A stretch of 64,000 nucleotides of DNA from Acidimicrobiia bacterium. GTDB taxonomy: Bacteria; Actinomycetota; Acidimicrobiia; Spongiisociales; UBA5794. Positions 27,584-37,116 of the stretch are shown piece by piece. The translations under genes and the position numbers were made by a program. The stretch spans positions 1,042 through 65,041 of the forward strand of contig QJWC01000031.1 of the NCBI GenBank assembly GCA_003235475.1. Reading direction: 5' to 3'. Below the pieces are notes generated by a model. It was given only the letters and a program-made list of their open reading frames with translations, was not told the origin of the DNA and made no database searches. Within the stretch, counting starts at the first letter, position 1. Each line of letters begins with the position of its first letter.

Positions 27584-28479
27584 TGGCGCACATCGTCAAA
27601 CCGAAGGCCCAGCTTGCCTTCACCGTGCCAACTGAGTTCCACGGTCGTTCGACGGGCTACACGCTCGACCGGATCGTCAACGAGGAGGACGGCGCGGTTC
27701 AGATGGGATTCTGCATCGCCCACCTCGAGCCAGGCGGCTTCGTCGACACGCACGTCCACTCCTATGAGGAGTCGATCTACGTGATGGAGGGAACGCTGAC
27801 GCTCGACACGCCCGAGGAGAGCGTGCTCCTGGTCGAAGGGGACTACGCCCTGATCCCTGTCGGCATGACCCACGCCCTCCGCAACACCTCCGGAGCCATC
27901 GTCGAGTTCGCCGAGATGAAGGCCCCGCTCCCGAGGGCCCGGTTCGGCTATGACACACAGTTTCCTCCCGCGATGACGGTCGGCGCTGCCGCACCGATCG
28001 ACGTACGAGACCCCAGGAACCGCTACTTCGGACACATCGACGCCGCATCGATGGATCCCACCCTCCAGACACAGGACCGGCTCGCGGTGAGCGCGAGCAT
28101 GCGGACGGCCCTCCTCGTCTACAGCGGTATCACCGTGAAGATGATGGTCGACTCCGACCTCGGCGCCGACCTCTCGACGATGTTCATGGTCCAGTACGAA
28201 CAGGGCGGGTACGCCGGCGCCCACGACCATCCCCTCGAAGAGACCTACCTCATCCTCGACGGGCAGGTCGAGGCGAAGTTCGACGGAGAGAGCTTCGTCC
28301 TCGGCCCTGGGGACACGGCATGGGCAGGCGTCGGGTGCGTCCACGAGTTCCGCAACGTCGGCGACGGGTTCGTTCGTTGGCTCGAAACGCAGGCACCCGC
28401 ACCCCCGCCCCGGCATTCGTACCGATTCGCCCGTGACTGGGCCTACCTCGAAAACGCCCTGGCAGAACAACAGCAGTGA
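27583..28479 (+). CDS. Bicupin protein
   Basis: Two cupin modules: GGFVDTHVHSYEESIYVMEGTL...GDYALIPVGMTHALRN and GGYAGAHDHPLEETYLILDGQV...GDTAWAGVGCVHEFRN. The ATG shares its A with the preceding TGA. Confidence 0.75.
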   Translation: MAHIVKPKAQLAFTVPTEFHGRSTGYTLDRIVNEEDGAVQMGFCIAHLEPGGFVDTHVHSYEESIYVMEGTLTLDTPEESVLLVEGDYALIPVGMTHALRNTSGAIVEFAEMKAPLPRARFGYDTQFPPAMTVGAAAPIDVRDPRNRYFGHIDAASMDPTLQTQDRLAVSASMRTALLVYSGITVKMMVDSDLGADLSTMFMVQYEQGGYAGAHDHPLEETYLILDGQVEAKFDGESFVLGPGDTAWAGVGCVHEFRNVGDGFVRWLETQAPAPPPRHSYRFARDWAYLENALAEQQQ

Positions 28480-28501
28480 GAGAACCGACAAGGAGCACCC
28501 C

Positions 28502-29755
28502 ATGGCCGACTTTCCCGTAGCGACAACTCCCAGTCCAGGCGTGATGGGCGTCGATTGGGAAAACCGTGTCGACTTCGAACGCCTCCGCCAGTACCGAATC
28601 GCACGTGTCCGTCAGATGCTCGACGAACACGACCTCGGCGCGGTCCTTCTGTTCGAGACGTCCAACATCCGATACGCGACCGCGACCCAGATCGGGTACT
28701 GGGCGTTCAACAAGGGTGAGCGGTGGGCGCTGGTCACTCGCGAGGGTCGCCCGAAGGTGTGGGACTTCGGTTCAGCGGCCAAGGCGCACCGTCTCCAACT
28801 CCCCCACATGTACGACGCGGAGAACTCCGTCGGCGGCAACACCGGGCTCCAGGGCGCCATCGGCCCTGAGACAGGGCTTCACGCGCGGGCGGTGCGCGAG
28901 ATCAAGGGAGCCCTCGAGGACGCGGGGGTCGCCGACCAGAAATTGGGCGTCGACCTTGCGGAAACCGCAGTCTTCCTCGCCCTGCAGGGTGCGGGCCTCA
29001 ACGTCGTCGACGGCCAGCAGGCGATGATGCGGGCGAGAGAGATCAAGAACCCGGACGAGATCACGCTCCTCACGCAGGCCTGCGCCATGGTCGACGGCGT
29101 GTACCAGCACATCTTCGAGGCGCTGAAGCCCGGCATCCGGGAATCCGATGTCGTCGGCATGGCCCACGCTCGCCTCTTCGAGATGGGCTCGGAGTTCGTC
29201 GAGGCGATCAACTCGATCGCAGGTGAGCGGTGCAGCCCCCACCCGCATGTCTTCAGCGATCGCCTCATCCGGCCGGGCGACCAGGCGTACTTCGACATCA
29301 TCCACGTCTTCAACGGGTATCGAACCTGTTACTACCGGACATTCGCGGTCGGCCGTGCATCGCAGGCACACCACGATGCGTTCAAGAAGTCGAGGGAGTG
29401 GATGGACGCGGCGATCGATCTCGTCAAACCGGGAACCACGACTGACCAGATCGCGCTCGCATGGCCGAAGGCTGAGGAATTCGGCTTCGAGGACGAGATG
29501 GATGCGTTCGGGCTCCAGTTCGGCCACGGCGTGGGCGTCGGCCTGCACGAGCGGCCCATCATCAGCAGGCTGAACTCGCTGGACAACCCGGTGGAGATCG
29601 AGGAGGGCATGGTCTTCGCCCTCGAAACGTATGCGCCTGCGTCCGATGGGCGTTCGGCGGCGCGGATCGAGGAGGAAGTCGTCGTCACCGCCGACGGCTG
29701 CAAGGTGATCACCCTGTTCCCATGTGAGGAGTTGATGGTCGCGAATGCCTACTGA
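28502..29755 (+). CDS. M24-family (creatinase/prolidase fold) hydrolase with creatinase-like N-domain
   Basis: ATG at 28502 after AAGGAG. N-domain: LGAVLLFETSNIRYATA. Pita-bread domain: AYFDIIHVFNGYRTCYYRTF, GHGVGVGLHERP, VFALETY, ARIEEEVVVT. Confidence 0.8.
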   Translation: MADFPVATTPSPGVMGVDWENRVDFERLRQYRIARVRQMLDEHDLGAVLLFETSNIRYATATQIGYWAFNKGERWALVTREGRPKVWDFGSAAKAHRLQLPHMYDAENSVGGNTGLQGAIGPETGLHARAVREIKGALEDAGVADQKLGVDLAETAVFLALQGAGLNVVDGQQAMMRAREIKNPDEITLLTQACAMVDGVYQHIFEALKPGIRESDVVGMAHARLFEMGSEFVEAINSIAGERCSPHPHVFSDRLIRPGDQAYFDIIHVFNGYRTCYYRTFAVGRASQAHHDAFKKSREWMDAAIDLVKPGTTTDQIALAWPKAEEFGFEDEMDAFGLQFGHGVGVGLHERPIISRLNSLDNPVEIEEGMVFALETYAPASDGRSAARIEEEVVVTADGCKVITLFPCEELMVANAY

Positions 29756-30806
29756 TCCCGCGTACGACTACGCGCTGCGCCCGCCGCGGCTTCCGGATCC
29801 CGAGGACCGGTCCCTCGACGACGCGCCGATCGATCAGGAGACGCGCCTCGCGCTGTACCGCAAACTCCAGGAGCTGCGCCAGTGGAGCAAGCGTGCCCAC
29901 GACTTGTTCCTCCAGAACCTCGTGAAGGGTACGACCCACCTCTCGTTGGGCATGGAGGCGATCGCCACGGGATTCGGCATGGCCCTGAAACCGGGCGACT
30001 ACACGTTCGCCACGTACCGCGGTCACGCCCATTCGCTCGCGAGGGGCATGGATCCCGGAAAAGCCCTCGCGGAGCTTCTCGGCCGGGAGAACGGCGTGCT
30101 CGGCGGCAAGGGCGGTTCGATGCACCTGACCGACGTCGAGAAGGGGATGATGGGCTCGTACGCCATCATCGGCGCGCACCTGTGCATCGCAAACGGCGCC
30201 GCATGGTCGGCAAAGATGAGGGGCACGGACCAGGTTGCTGTCGCGTTCTTCGGCGACGGAACCACCAACATCGGAGCGTTCCATGAAGCCCTCAACATGG
30301 CGGTCATCTGGAAGCTGCCGGTCGTGTTCGTGTGCGAGAACAACCTCTACATGGAGTACACGCCGATCGATGCGATCACTGCGGTCCCAAATCCCGCAGC
30401 GGACCGTGCTGGTGCGTACGGCCTGGATCCGATCATCATCGACGGGAATGACCCGGATGCCGTGTACCTCGCCGCCGTCGACGCGCTCGAGCGTGCCAGG
30501 CGGGGCGACGGCCCTTCGCTCATCGAGGCCGTCACCTACAGAACCGGGGGCCACTCGAGGGCAGACCCGGCCAAGTACCGCCCCGAGGCGGAGGTCGAGG
30601 CGTGGAAGGACCGCGACCCCGTTCCCGTGTACCACCAGCGTCTCCTCCGGATCGGTGTTCCCGAGGCTGAGCTCGGTGACATCACCCGTGAGGTGGCCGC
30701 GACGATCGACGCGGCAACGGAATTCGCAAAGGCTGGCGCGCATCCGGGCGAGGAGACGTTGATGACCGAGGTCTGGGCTGACGGAGGTTCGGCATGGCGG
30801 AACTGA
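29745..30806 (+). CDS. Thiamine-diphosphate-dependent 2-oxoacid/acetoin dehydrogenase E1 component, alpha subunit
   Basis: YRGHAHSLARG, and the ThDP motif FFGDGTTNIGAFHEALNMA...VCENNLY. 11-nt overlap with the upstream gene. Confidence 0.88.
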   Translation: MPTDPAYDYALRPPRLPDPEDRSLDDAPIDQETRLALYRKLQELRQWSKRAHDLFLQNLVKGTTHLSLGMEAIATGFGMALKPGDYTFATYRGHAHSLARGMDPGKALAELLGRENGVLGGKGGSMHLTDVEKGMMGSYAIIGAHLCIANGAAWSAKMRGTDQVAVAFFGDGTTNIGAFHEALNMAVIWKLPVVFVCENNLYMEYTPIDAITAVPNPAADRAGAYGLDPIIIDGNDPDAVYLAAVDALERARRGDGPSLIEAVTYRTGGHSRADPAKYRPEAEVEAWKDRDPVPVYHQRLLRIGVPEAELGDITREVAATIDAATEFAKAGAHPGEETLMTEVWADGGSAWRN

Positions 30807-31783
30807 GCTACCGCGATGCGGTCGCCTACGGGATCGCCCAGGAGATGCGCCGCGACCCAGCCCTCGTGATGCTCGGTGAGGACATCGCGGCGGCTGGCGG
30901 CGTTTTCAAGACGACCGTCGGCCTTGTCGAGGAGTTCGGCCCTGATCGCGTCCGCGACACGCCGATCTCAGAGCAGGCGATCCTCGGGGCCGCGATGGGC
31001 GCCGCGATGACGGGCATACCAGTGATCGCCGAGATCATGTTCTCCGACTTCCTCGCCGTGTGCTGGGACATGATCGCCAACGAGATCGCAAAGAGCCGGT
31101 ACATGACCAACGGGCAGGTGAGCTTCCCCCTCGTGATCCGCACGGCGAACGGCGGGGGTGCCCGCTTCGGAGCCCAGCACTCGCAGAGCGTGGAGAACTG
31201 GGCAATGATGATCCCCGGACTCAAGGTGGTCGCCCCATCGACGCCCGAGGACGTCGTCGGCCTCATGGCTGCGTCGATACGCGATCCCGACCCCGTCATC
31301 TTCTTCGAGCACAAGTCGCTCATGGCTGGCAAGGCCGAGGTCCCCGACGGTGAGATCGTCGACGAACTCGGTACAGCCCGAGTCGTCCGAGAGGGTTCCG
31401 ACGTCACCATCGCCGCGTTGGCGCTGATGGTGCCCCGCGCACTCGAAGCAGCTGACCGCCTCGCGGAGAACGGCATCTCAGCCGAGGTCATCGACGTGCG
31501 GTCGCTGGTTCCCCTCGACACGGCGACCCTGCTTTCATCCACGGCGAAGACCGGGAGGTTCTTCACGGTCGAGGAGAACCCGCGCTTGTGCGGATGGGGT
31601 GCAGAGCTCGTGTCGATCATCAGCGAAGAGGCGTTCTGGAACCTCGATGGCCCATGTGTGCGCATCACGACGCCACACATCCCGCTCCCATCCGCGGCCT
31701 CCCTCGAGGACCTCGCCCTTCCGTCCGTCGATCGCATCGTCGAGACCGTGACACGGTCCGTCGATGGTGGAGGAAGCGCATGA
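30794..31783 (+). CDS. 2-oxoacid/acetoin dehydrogenase E1 component, beta subunit
   Basis: LSYRDAVAYGIAQEMRRDPALVMLGEDI...DTPISEQAILGAAMGAAMTG...FPLVIRTANGGGARFGAQHSQS. 13-nt overlap with the alpha gene. Confidence 0.9.
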   Translation: MAELSYRDAVAYGIAQEMRRDPALVMLGEDIAAAGGVFKTTVGLVEEFGPDRVRDTPISEQAILGAAMGAAMTGIPVIAEIMFSDFLAVCWDMIANEIAKSRYMTNGQVSFPLVIRTANGGGARFGAQHSQSVENWAMMIPGLKVVAPSTPEDVVGLMAASIRDPDPVIFFEHKSLMAGKAEVPDGEIVDELGTARVVREGSDVTIAALALMVPRALEAADRLAENGISAEVIDVRSLVPLDTATLLSSTAKTGRFFTVEENPRLCGWGAELVSIISEEAFWNLDGPCVRITTPHIPLPSAASLEDLALPSVDRIVETVTRSVDGGGSA

Positions 31784-33039
31784 CCGACTTCCTGCTGAAG
31801 GGCGCGACCGTTCTCACTCTCGGCGCCCGCACTCAGAACCACGTCGAGGCCGATGTGCTCGTCGAGCGCGGCTCCGTGTCCGAGGTTGGATCCGGGCTCC
31901 GATCCCGCGCCGCCGAGGCCATCGATGCTTCGAACACGATCGTGATGCCCGGTTTCGTCGACAGCCACCGGCGCTGCTGGACCTCCCTCTTCAAGAACGA
32001 GGGGAGTGTGCCGACCGCTGCCACTCCCGGTCCGCAGGACGTCTACGCAGGGACGCTCGCAGCACTCCTCGGCGCTGCCGAGGCGGGAGTCACGACCGTC
32101 GCCGACTGGTACGACGGGCCCCCCGCGCCCGGACACGTCGAGGGCGTGCTCCGCGCGCATGCCGAGGCGGGCATCCGTACCGTCCTGGTGCTCGCGCCCG
32201 CGGAACATGCCGAGTCCGTTTGGCGGAGGGCCGTGCAGCGCCATGGCGTCGCGCCAACGGAGCTCACGACACTCGCCGCGGGCGTCCACTCGGCCGCCGC
32301 GTTGTCTGACGCACGGCGCGCGGCCAACGAGCTCGGCCTCCGTCTCCATGTGAAGGGGACGGCCCGCGATGCCGGAATGTTCGCTGCGGCGAAGGGGGAC
32401 CTCGATCCGGGCGTCACGGTGATCCACGCAGCCGGCCTGGCGGACGATGATCTCGACGCGATCGCGGACTCAGGGGCAGGGGTCGCGCTCACGCCGGTCG
32501 CCGACATGACGACCGGGCCCGGCTCGCCGCCGATGCAGACCTTCCTCGACCGGGACATCCGCCCCGGGCTCGGCGTCGGCCATGAGCTCCAGGGACCCGG
32601 CGACATACTCGCGCAGATCAGGGCTGCGATATCGATACAGCACGCCACCTACTTCGACCTCAAGCTGGCTGGAAAGGGAGGGCTCCCGAACCTTCTCACC
32701 ACGCGCCACGTGATCCGCTACGGAACGAGCGACGGCGCAAACGCGCTCGGACTCGGTGGCACCACAGGGTCCATCGAGGCCGGGAAGCAAGCAGACCTGA
32801 TCATGCTCCGGACCGATACACCGAACCTCTATCCCGTCAACGACCCGATCGGTGCCGTCGTGTGGGGGGTTGACACGTCGAACCTCGACCTGGTTCTCGT
32901 CGGCGGCCGACCAGTAGTGAGGGCCGGTGTGACGCAAGCGGATGTCGCAGAAGTCAGGTCCCTGGTCGCGGAGGCTCGTGCTCGCCTCGGCCTGCCCTCG
33001 CCGATCCTTGCTGGCGCCGCGCCGGGAGGTGCATTGTGA
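31780..33039 (+). CDS. Amidohydrolase-superfamily protein (cytosine-deaminase/TRZ-ATZ-like), apparently catalytically degenerate paralog
   Basis: ATG at 31780 in an ATGA overlap with the E1-beta stop. Clear paralog of the C-terminal domain of the 37113 gene (VMPGFVDSHRRCW versus VMPGFVDTHRHIW). The HxH reads HRR and the strand-8 Asp position reads GVGHE versus SVDVE. Confidence 0.8.
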   Translation: MTDFLLKGATVLTLGARTQNHVEADVLVERGSVSEVGSGLRSRAAEAIDASNTIVMPGFVDSHRRCWTSLFKNEGSVPTAATPGPQDVYAGTLAALLGAAEAGVTTVADWYDGPPAPGHVEGVLRAHAEAGIRTVLVLAPAEHAESVWRRAVQRHGVAPTELTTLAAGVHSAAALSDARRAANELGLRLHVKGTARDAGMFAAAKGDLDPGVTVIHAAGLADDDLDAIADSGAGVALTPVADMTTGPGSPPMQTFLDRDIRPGLGVGHELQGPGDILAQIRAAISIQHATYFDLKLAGKGGLPNLLTTRHVIRYGTSDGANALGLGGTTGSIEAGKQADLIMLRTDTPNLYPVNDPIGAVVWGVDTSNLDLVLVGGRPVVRAGVTQADVAEVRSLVAEARARLGLPSPILAGAAPGGAL

Positions 33040-34085
33040 CAACCCCGCGCCAACAGCCATCGTCGGCCCTCACATCGCTCGTCGTTGGCTCCAGGTTCGT
33101 TCCGGTCTACATCGCACTGGCGCTGCTCGTCGTCGTGGCGTGGATCTGGGCCCCTCAGGCGCTGTCGAGCATCTCGCTGAGAGCCATCGCCCCGTACGGA
33201 GCCGTGCTCGGCATCGCAGCACTCGGCCAGATGATCGTCATCATGATCGGCGGTATCGACCTGAGCGTTCCCGGCACGATGAGCCTCGCCGCGGTGATCA
33301 TGATCGGCGTCGGCCACGGCGCCGACGAGAACATCGGTAAGGCGATGGTGATCGCATTCGCGGCGGCTGCGGTGGTCGGCCTCGCGAACGGCTTGCTCAT
33401 CGGCGGATTGAAGCTCAACCCCCTCATCGTCACCCTCGCAGCCGGATCCATCGTCACCGGAGTCGTGTTCCGGTACGCGGAGAAGATCACCGTCCAGAAC
33501 CCCGTTCCGGAGGGGTTGACCGATTGGGTCGCCAAGAGGTACTTCGGATTAGGTGCGGTCTTCTGGATCGGGATCGCCGTCACGGTGATCGTGAGCGTGA
33601 TTCTCCGGTACACAGTTGCAGGTCGCCGATTCCAGGCAATCGGCGCGAATCCGGTGGCTGCGAACGTCGTCGGCGTCAGGGTGAACTGGTACCAGATCAT
33701 GGCGTACGTGTTCGCGGCGCTCCTATACGCAGCCGCGGCGATCGCCCTCGCAGGCCTCCTGAGGCGACCGGGCGCCTCGGTCGGCAACGAGTACCTGCTC
33801 GCGCCCATCGCGGCCGTCGTGATCGGAGGCGCATCCCTCACGGGCGGACTGGCAAGCCCGTTCTCGACCTTCACGGCGGGCCTCTTCCTCATCGGCCTTC
33901 GCCAGATGATGCTCACGATGGGCCTGCCGACGGCGCTCCAGAACGTGGCGTTCGGGCTCGTCATCATCGCCGGGATGCTCGTGTCCGGCGACCGGATCAC
34001 CAAGGGCGTGGAGCAGCTCCTCCGGGAGCGAAGACGTCCAACCCGAACTGAGGTGGAAGAGATATTGACCCCGATGAACCAATGA
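33036..34085 (+). CDS. ABC transporter permease, CUT2 (ribose/sugar-like) type
   Basis: GTG in a GTGA overlap. 349 aa, polytopic, with the GQMIVIMIGGIDLSVPG motif typical of RbsC/branched-type permeases. Confidence 0.85.
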   Translation: MTTPRQQPSSALTSLVVGSRFVPVYIALALLVVVAWIWAPQALSSISLRAIAPYGAVLGIAALGQMIVIMIGGIDLSVPGTMSLAAVIMIGVGHGADENIGKAMVIAFAAAAVVGLANGLLIGGLKLNPLIVTLAAGSIVTGVVFRYAEKITVQNPVPEGLTDWVAKRYFGLGAVFWIGIAVTVIVSVILRYTVAGRRFQAIGANPVAANVVGVRVNWYQIMAYVFAALLYAAAAIALAGLLRRPGASVGNEYLLAPIAAVVIGGASLTGGLASPFSTFTAGLFLIGLRQMMLTMGLPTALQNVAFGLVIIAGMLVSGDRITKGVEQLLRERRRPTRTEVEEILTPMNQ

Positions 34086-34162
34086 GGCGAGGACAACGCG
34101 CCTCTCAGACTCCGGCACCCCCACCGGGAGCCGACAAGCGAAGGAAGCGGATGGGAGCACCC

Positions 34163-35518
34163 ATGAAACAGATACGACTACTTGCCGTGTTTGCCGTGTT
34201 TGCGCTGATCGTCGCCGCGTGCGGCAGCAGCGACGGCGGAGACACGACAACAACGAGTGGAGACACCACTACGACAACGGCGGCGACGACAACGACCGCG
34301 GGCCCCGGCGGCGATGAGAACCCGCTCGCCATGTATGGCGAGCGTATCGACGCAGACCCGGCGCTCGTCGAGAAGGCACTGGGTCCGGTCGAGCCCTCTG
34401 ACGACGCAAGCTGGAACATCATCCTTGCTGCGATCGCCAGGGCCGATCAGAACCCGGACCAGGCGACGATCGACAAGGCGCTCGAGTGCTTCAACAACCA
34501 GGAGTGCGACACCGGCTCTGGCGGGGCGGGCGTCATGGGGTATGCCGATGGCGGTGGTGATCAGGTCAACGTCTGGCGTGCGGTCAGCCACATGGAGGCG
34601 ATCCTCCAGGCGCTGACGTACTCGGAGATCGGCAAGATCATCTCGACGGCGGCGAACTTCGACCCGGATCCAAGCGTTGCCGCGAACGACATTCGGTTCC
34701 TCATCAACAGCGGCGTCGACTTCATCGTCGGCTACCCGGACGCTGGCATCGCGATCGCCGATGCGATCAAGGAAGCGGACGACGCGGGCATCCCGTACGT
34801 CTCGTTCTCGGCCGGCTATGTCGGTCTGCCTGATCAGGACGGCGCACTCGTCCCCGGAGAGGACTACCTCACCGTGGTCGGTGAGAACCTGTGTGCGCTC
34901 GGCGAGAGCTTCGCTCAGGTCCTGAACGATGGCGTTGGTACCGGTGAGGTCGCGGTTCTCGGTGGCTCATCGGGCAACGCACTGTCACTTGGCTGGCAGC
35001 GGTGCATCTTCCCGGCATTGAGCGAGGGCATCACAGCAGTGAATGCCCCGCCGAACGCCGACACCACCGTGGGCGACACCTTCTGGTATGACCCGCTCAT
35101 TCCTGACGTGTTCCGGGGTCTCTTGACCACGAATCCGGGCATCAAGGGCTGGGCATACGAATACTCGGATGGAATGAACACCGGGCTGAGCGTGTACGAG
35201 GAACTCGGCATCCCAGTCGCGAATCTCACGGTTGCCTTGCGTACCGACGAGCAGACACTGTTCTGTGACTGGGTGGATCGCAACGAACCGACGTACAACA
35301 TCTTCTACTCGGCTGGTGGCAACTTCCAGTCGCGTGTCGCGGTAACAGCGGCGATGTTGGGACTTCAGGAACCGAGCGTGGTGCCGGCCGAGGTCGTCGT
35401 GCCACACGTGATGCGACCGGTGACGGCTGCAGATTGCAATCCGGACCGCGTGAACCCGTACGTCTCGGGAACGTCGCTGGTGCCGGATGCGGTGCTTGCG
35501 CTGATGTTCGCCGGCTGA
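34163..35518 (+). CDS. Substrate-binding lipoprotein (periplasmic-binding-protein type I fold), unusually long
   Basis: MKQIRLLAVFAVFALIVAAC lipobox, then a Thr-rich linker (DTTTTSGDTTTTTAATTTTAG). An alternative ATG lies at 34151. Confidence 0.75.
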   Translation: MKQIRLLAVFAVFALIVAACGSSDGGDTTTTSGDTTTTTAATTTTAGPGGDENPLAMYGERIDADPALVEKALGPVEPSDDASWNIILAAIARADQNPDQATIDKALECFNNQECDTGSGGAGVMGYADGGGDQVNVWRAVSHMEAILQALTYSEIGKIISTAANFDPDPSVAANDIRFLINSGVDFIVGYPDAGIAIADAIKEADDAGIPYVSFSAGYVGLPDQDGALVPGEDYLTVVGENLCALGESFAQVLNDGVGTGEVAVLGGSSGNALSLGWQRCIFPALSEGITAVNAPPNADTTVGDTFWYDPLIPDVFRGLLTTNPGIKGWAYEYSDGMNTGLSVYEELGIPVANLTVALRTDEQTLFCDWVDRNEPTYNIFYSAGGNFQSRVAVTAAMLGLQEPSVVPAEVVVPHVMRPVTAADCNPDRVNPYVSGTSLVPDAVLALMFAG

Positions 35519-35547
35519 TCCGACAAGGGCATCCCGAGGAAGCGTCG

Positions 35548-37116
35548 ATGAAAGAGGAATTGGTTCTCGAGCTGAGCGGCGTATCACGCCAGTTCGGTGC
35601 GGTGCGGGCGTTGACCAACGTCAGCTTCGAATGCCGAGCTGGCGAGATCCACGCTCTCGTCGGCGAGAACGGCTCCGGCAAGTCGACGCTCCTCGGGATC
35701 GCCAGTGGCTTCGTGGACCCCGATCTGGGCACCGTCCGGATCGGGGGCCACAAGCTCCGTACGGACTCCCCTGCCCTGGCGCGCAAGCTCGGCCTTGCGA
35801 TGGCGTATCAGGAGACATCCCTCGTCCTGGCGGAGCCCGTGAAGAACAACCTGTTCCTCGCAACTCCGCCCGAGATGCGCCCGCCCTACTGGCGCCGCAA
35901 GAAGTGGGCACGGAGGCAACTCGCGGAGTTCGACCTCGACCTCGAGCTGTTTCCCGACGCCCCGGCCGGGTTCTTGACGTTCGCAGACCGCCAGCTCTTC
36001 GAGGTGGCCAAGGCGCTGGCGACCAACCCGAAGGTCCTGCTCCTCGACGAACCGACGACGGCGCTCGGGCCCGACGAGGTGGAGGCCCTCCACCGCACGA
36101 TCAAGCAATGTGCCACGCAGGGCATCGGAGTCGTCTACGTGAGCCACCGCCTGCCCGAGGTCCTCGAGATCGCCGATCGCATCACCGTATTGCGCGATGG
36201 CGAGTATCAGGGCACCTTCGATGCCCACAAGACGAGCGAGGAACAGCTCGTCGAACTGATCGTCGGGCGGCCGTTCGATTCTGCATTCCCACATCGAGCC
36301 GCCACCACAACCGAGCCGGAGGACGTCCTGGTCGTAGAGGGTCTCCAGGGTGAGGCGTTCGGGCCCGTTTCGTTCACCTTGCTGTCGGGGGAGGTGGTCG
36401 GCCTTGCTGGCGCTGAGGGCAACGGACAAGCAGCGTTGCTCGACACACTCGCGGGCCGTACACCGCCGAAGGCTGGCCGCGTCGAATGTGTCGGCAAGGA
36501 TCTCGCCCTCATTTCCACGCACGAGGCAGTCGCCGCAGGCATCCAGCTCCTCCCTGGCGATCGGAAACACCAAGCCCTCATGGGGGTCCTCGGCGTGCGT
36601 GTGAATGCCACGATCCAATCACTCAACAAGTTCAGCGTCTCGGGGATCCTGCGGCGACGGTCCGAGCGAAAGGGCGTCCGATCCCTCGTTGAACAGCTCG
36701 AGATCCGCACCCCCTCGCTCGAGCAACCCGTTGAGTTCCTGTCCGGCGGGAACGCCCAGAAGGTCTCCGTATCGCGCACGTTCCTCAGGGAACCTGCGGT
36801 GATCCTTGCTTTCGAACCAACGCAAGGAGTTGACGTCGGCTCACGTTTCGACATCTACAAGGCACTCCGAACCCGCATCGACGAGGGTGCCGCCATGCTC
36901 GTGAAGTCGAGCGATCCGATCGAGCTCGCTGGCCTATGCGACAGGGTGCTCGTGATGTCCCGTGGCCAGATCGTGGAGGAAATCCCCGGGGAGGAGCTGA
37001 CCGAGCTCCGAATCGTGGAATCGATCGTCCGCGGCCCTGGGATGTCAAAGGCGGCCCGGTCGCCCCTCGGCGTGGCGATGCCGACAGCCTCGTCGGCGGA
37101 AGGGACCGAGTCGTGA
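35548..37116 (+). CDS. Sugar-type ABC transporter ATP-binding protein with two nucleotide-binding domains
   Basis: ATG at 35548 after GAGGAAG. GENGSGKSTL, LLLDEPTTAL; second NBD LSGGNAQKV, LAFEPTQGVDV. Confidence 0.9.
   Translation: MKEELVLELSGVSRQFGAVRALTNVSFECRAGEIHALVGENGSGKSTLLGIASGFVDPDLGTVRIGGHKLRTDSPALARKLGLAMAYQETSLVLAEPVKNNLFLATPPEMRPPYWRRKKWARRQLAEFDLDLELFPDAPAGFLTFADRQLFEVAKALATNPKVLLLDEPTTALGPDEVEALHRTIKQCATQGIGVVYVSHRLPEVLEIADRITVLRDGEYQGTFDAHKTSEEQLVELIVGRPFDSAFPHRAATTTEPEDVLVVEGLQGEAFGPVSFTLLSGEVVGLAGAEGNGQAALLDTLAGRTPPKAGRVECVGKDLALISTHEAVAAGIQLLPGDRKHQALMGVLGVRVNATIQSLNKFSVSGILRRRSERKGVRSLVEQLEIRTPSLEQPVEFLSGGNAQKVSVSRTFLREPAVILAFEPTQGVDVGSRFDIYKALRTRIDEGAAMLVKSSDPIELAGLCDRVLVMSRGQIVEEIPGEELTELRIVESIVRGPGMSKAARSPLGVAMPTASSAEGTES

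Noticed and set aside
31780-33039. Possibility that the gene after E1 beta is the missing E2 component
   Set aside because: There is no lipoyl-lysine motif, no peripheral-subunit-binding domain and no DHRxxDG acyltransferase motif. The protein is clearly amidohydrolase-fold.
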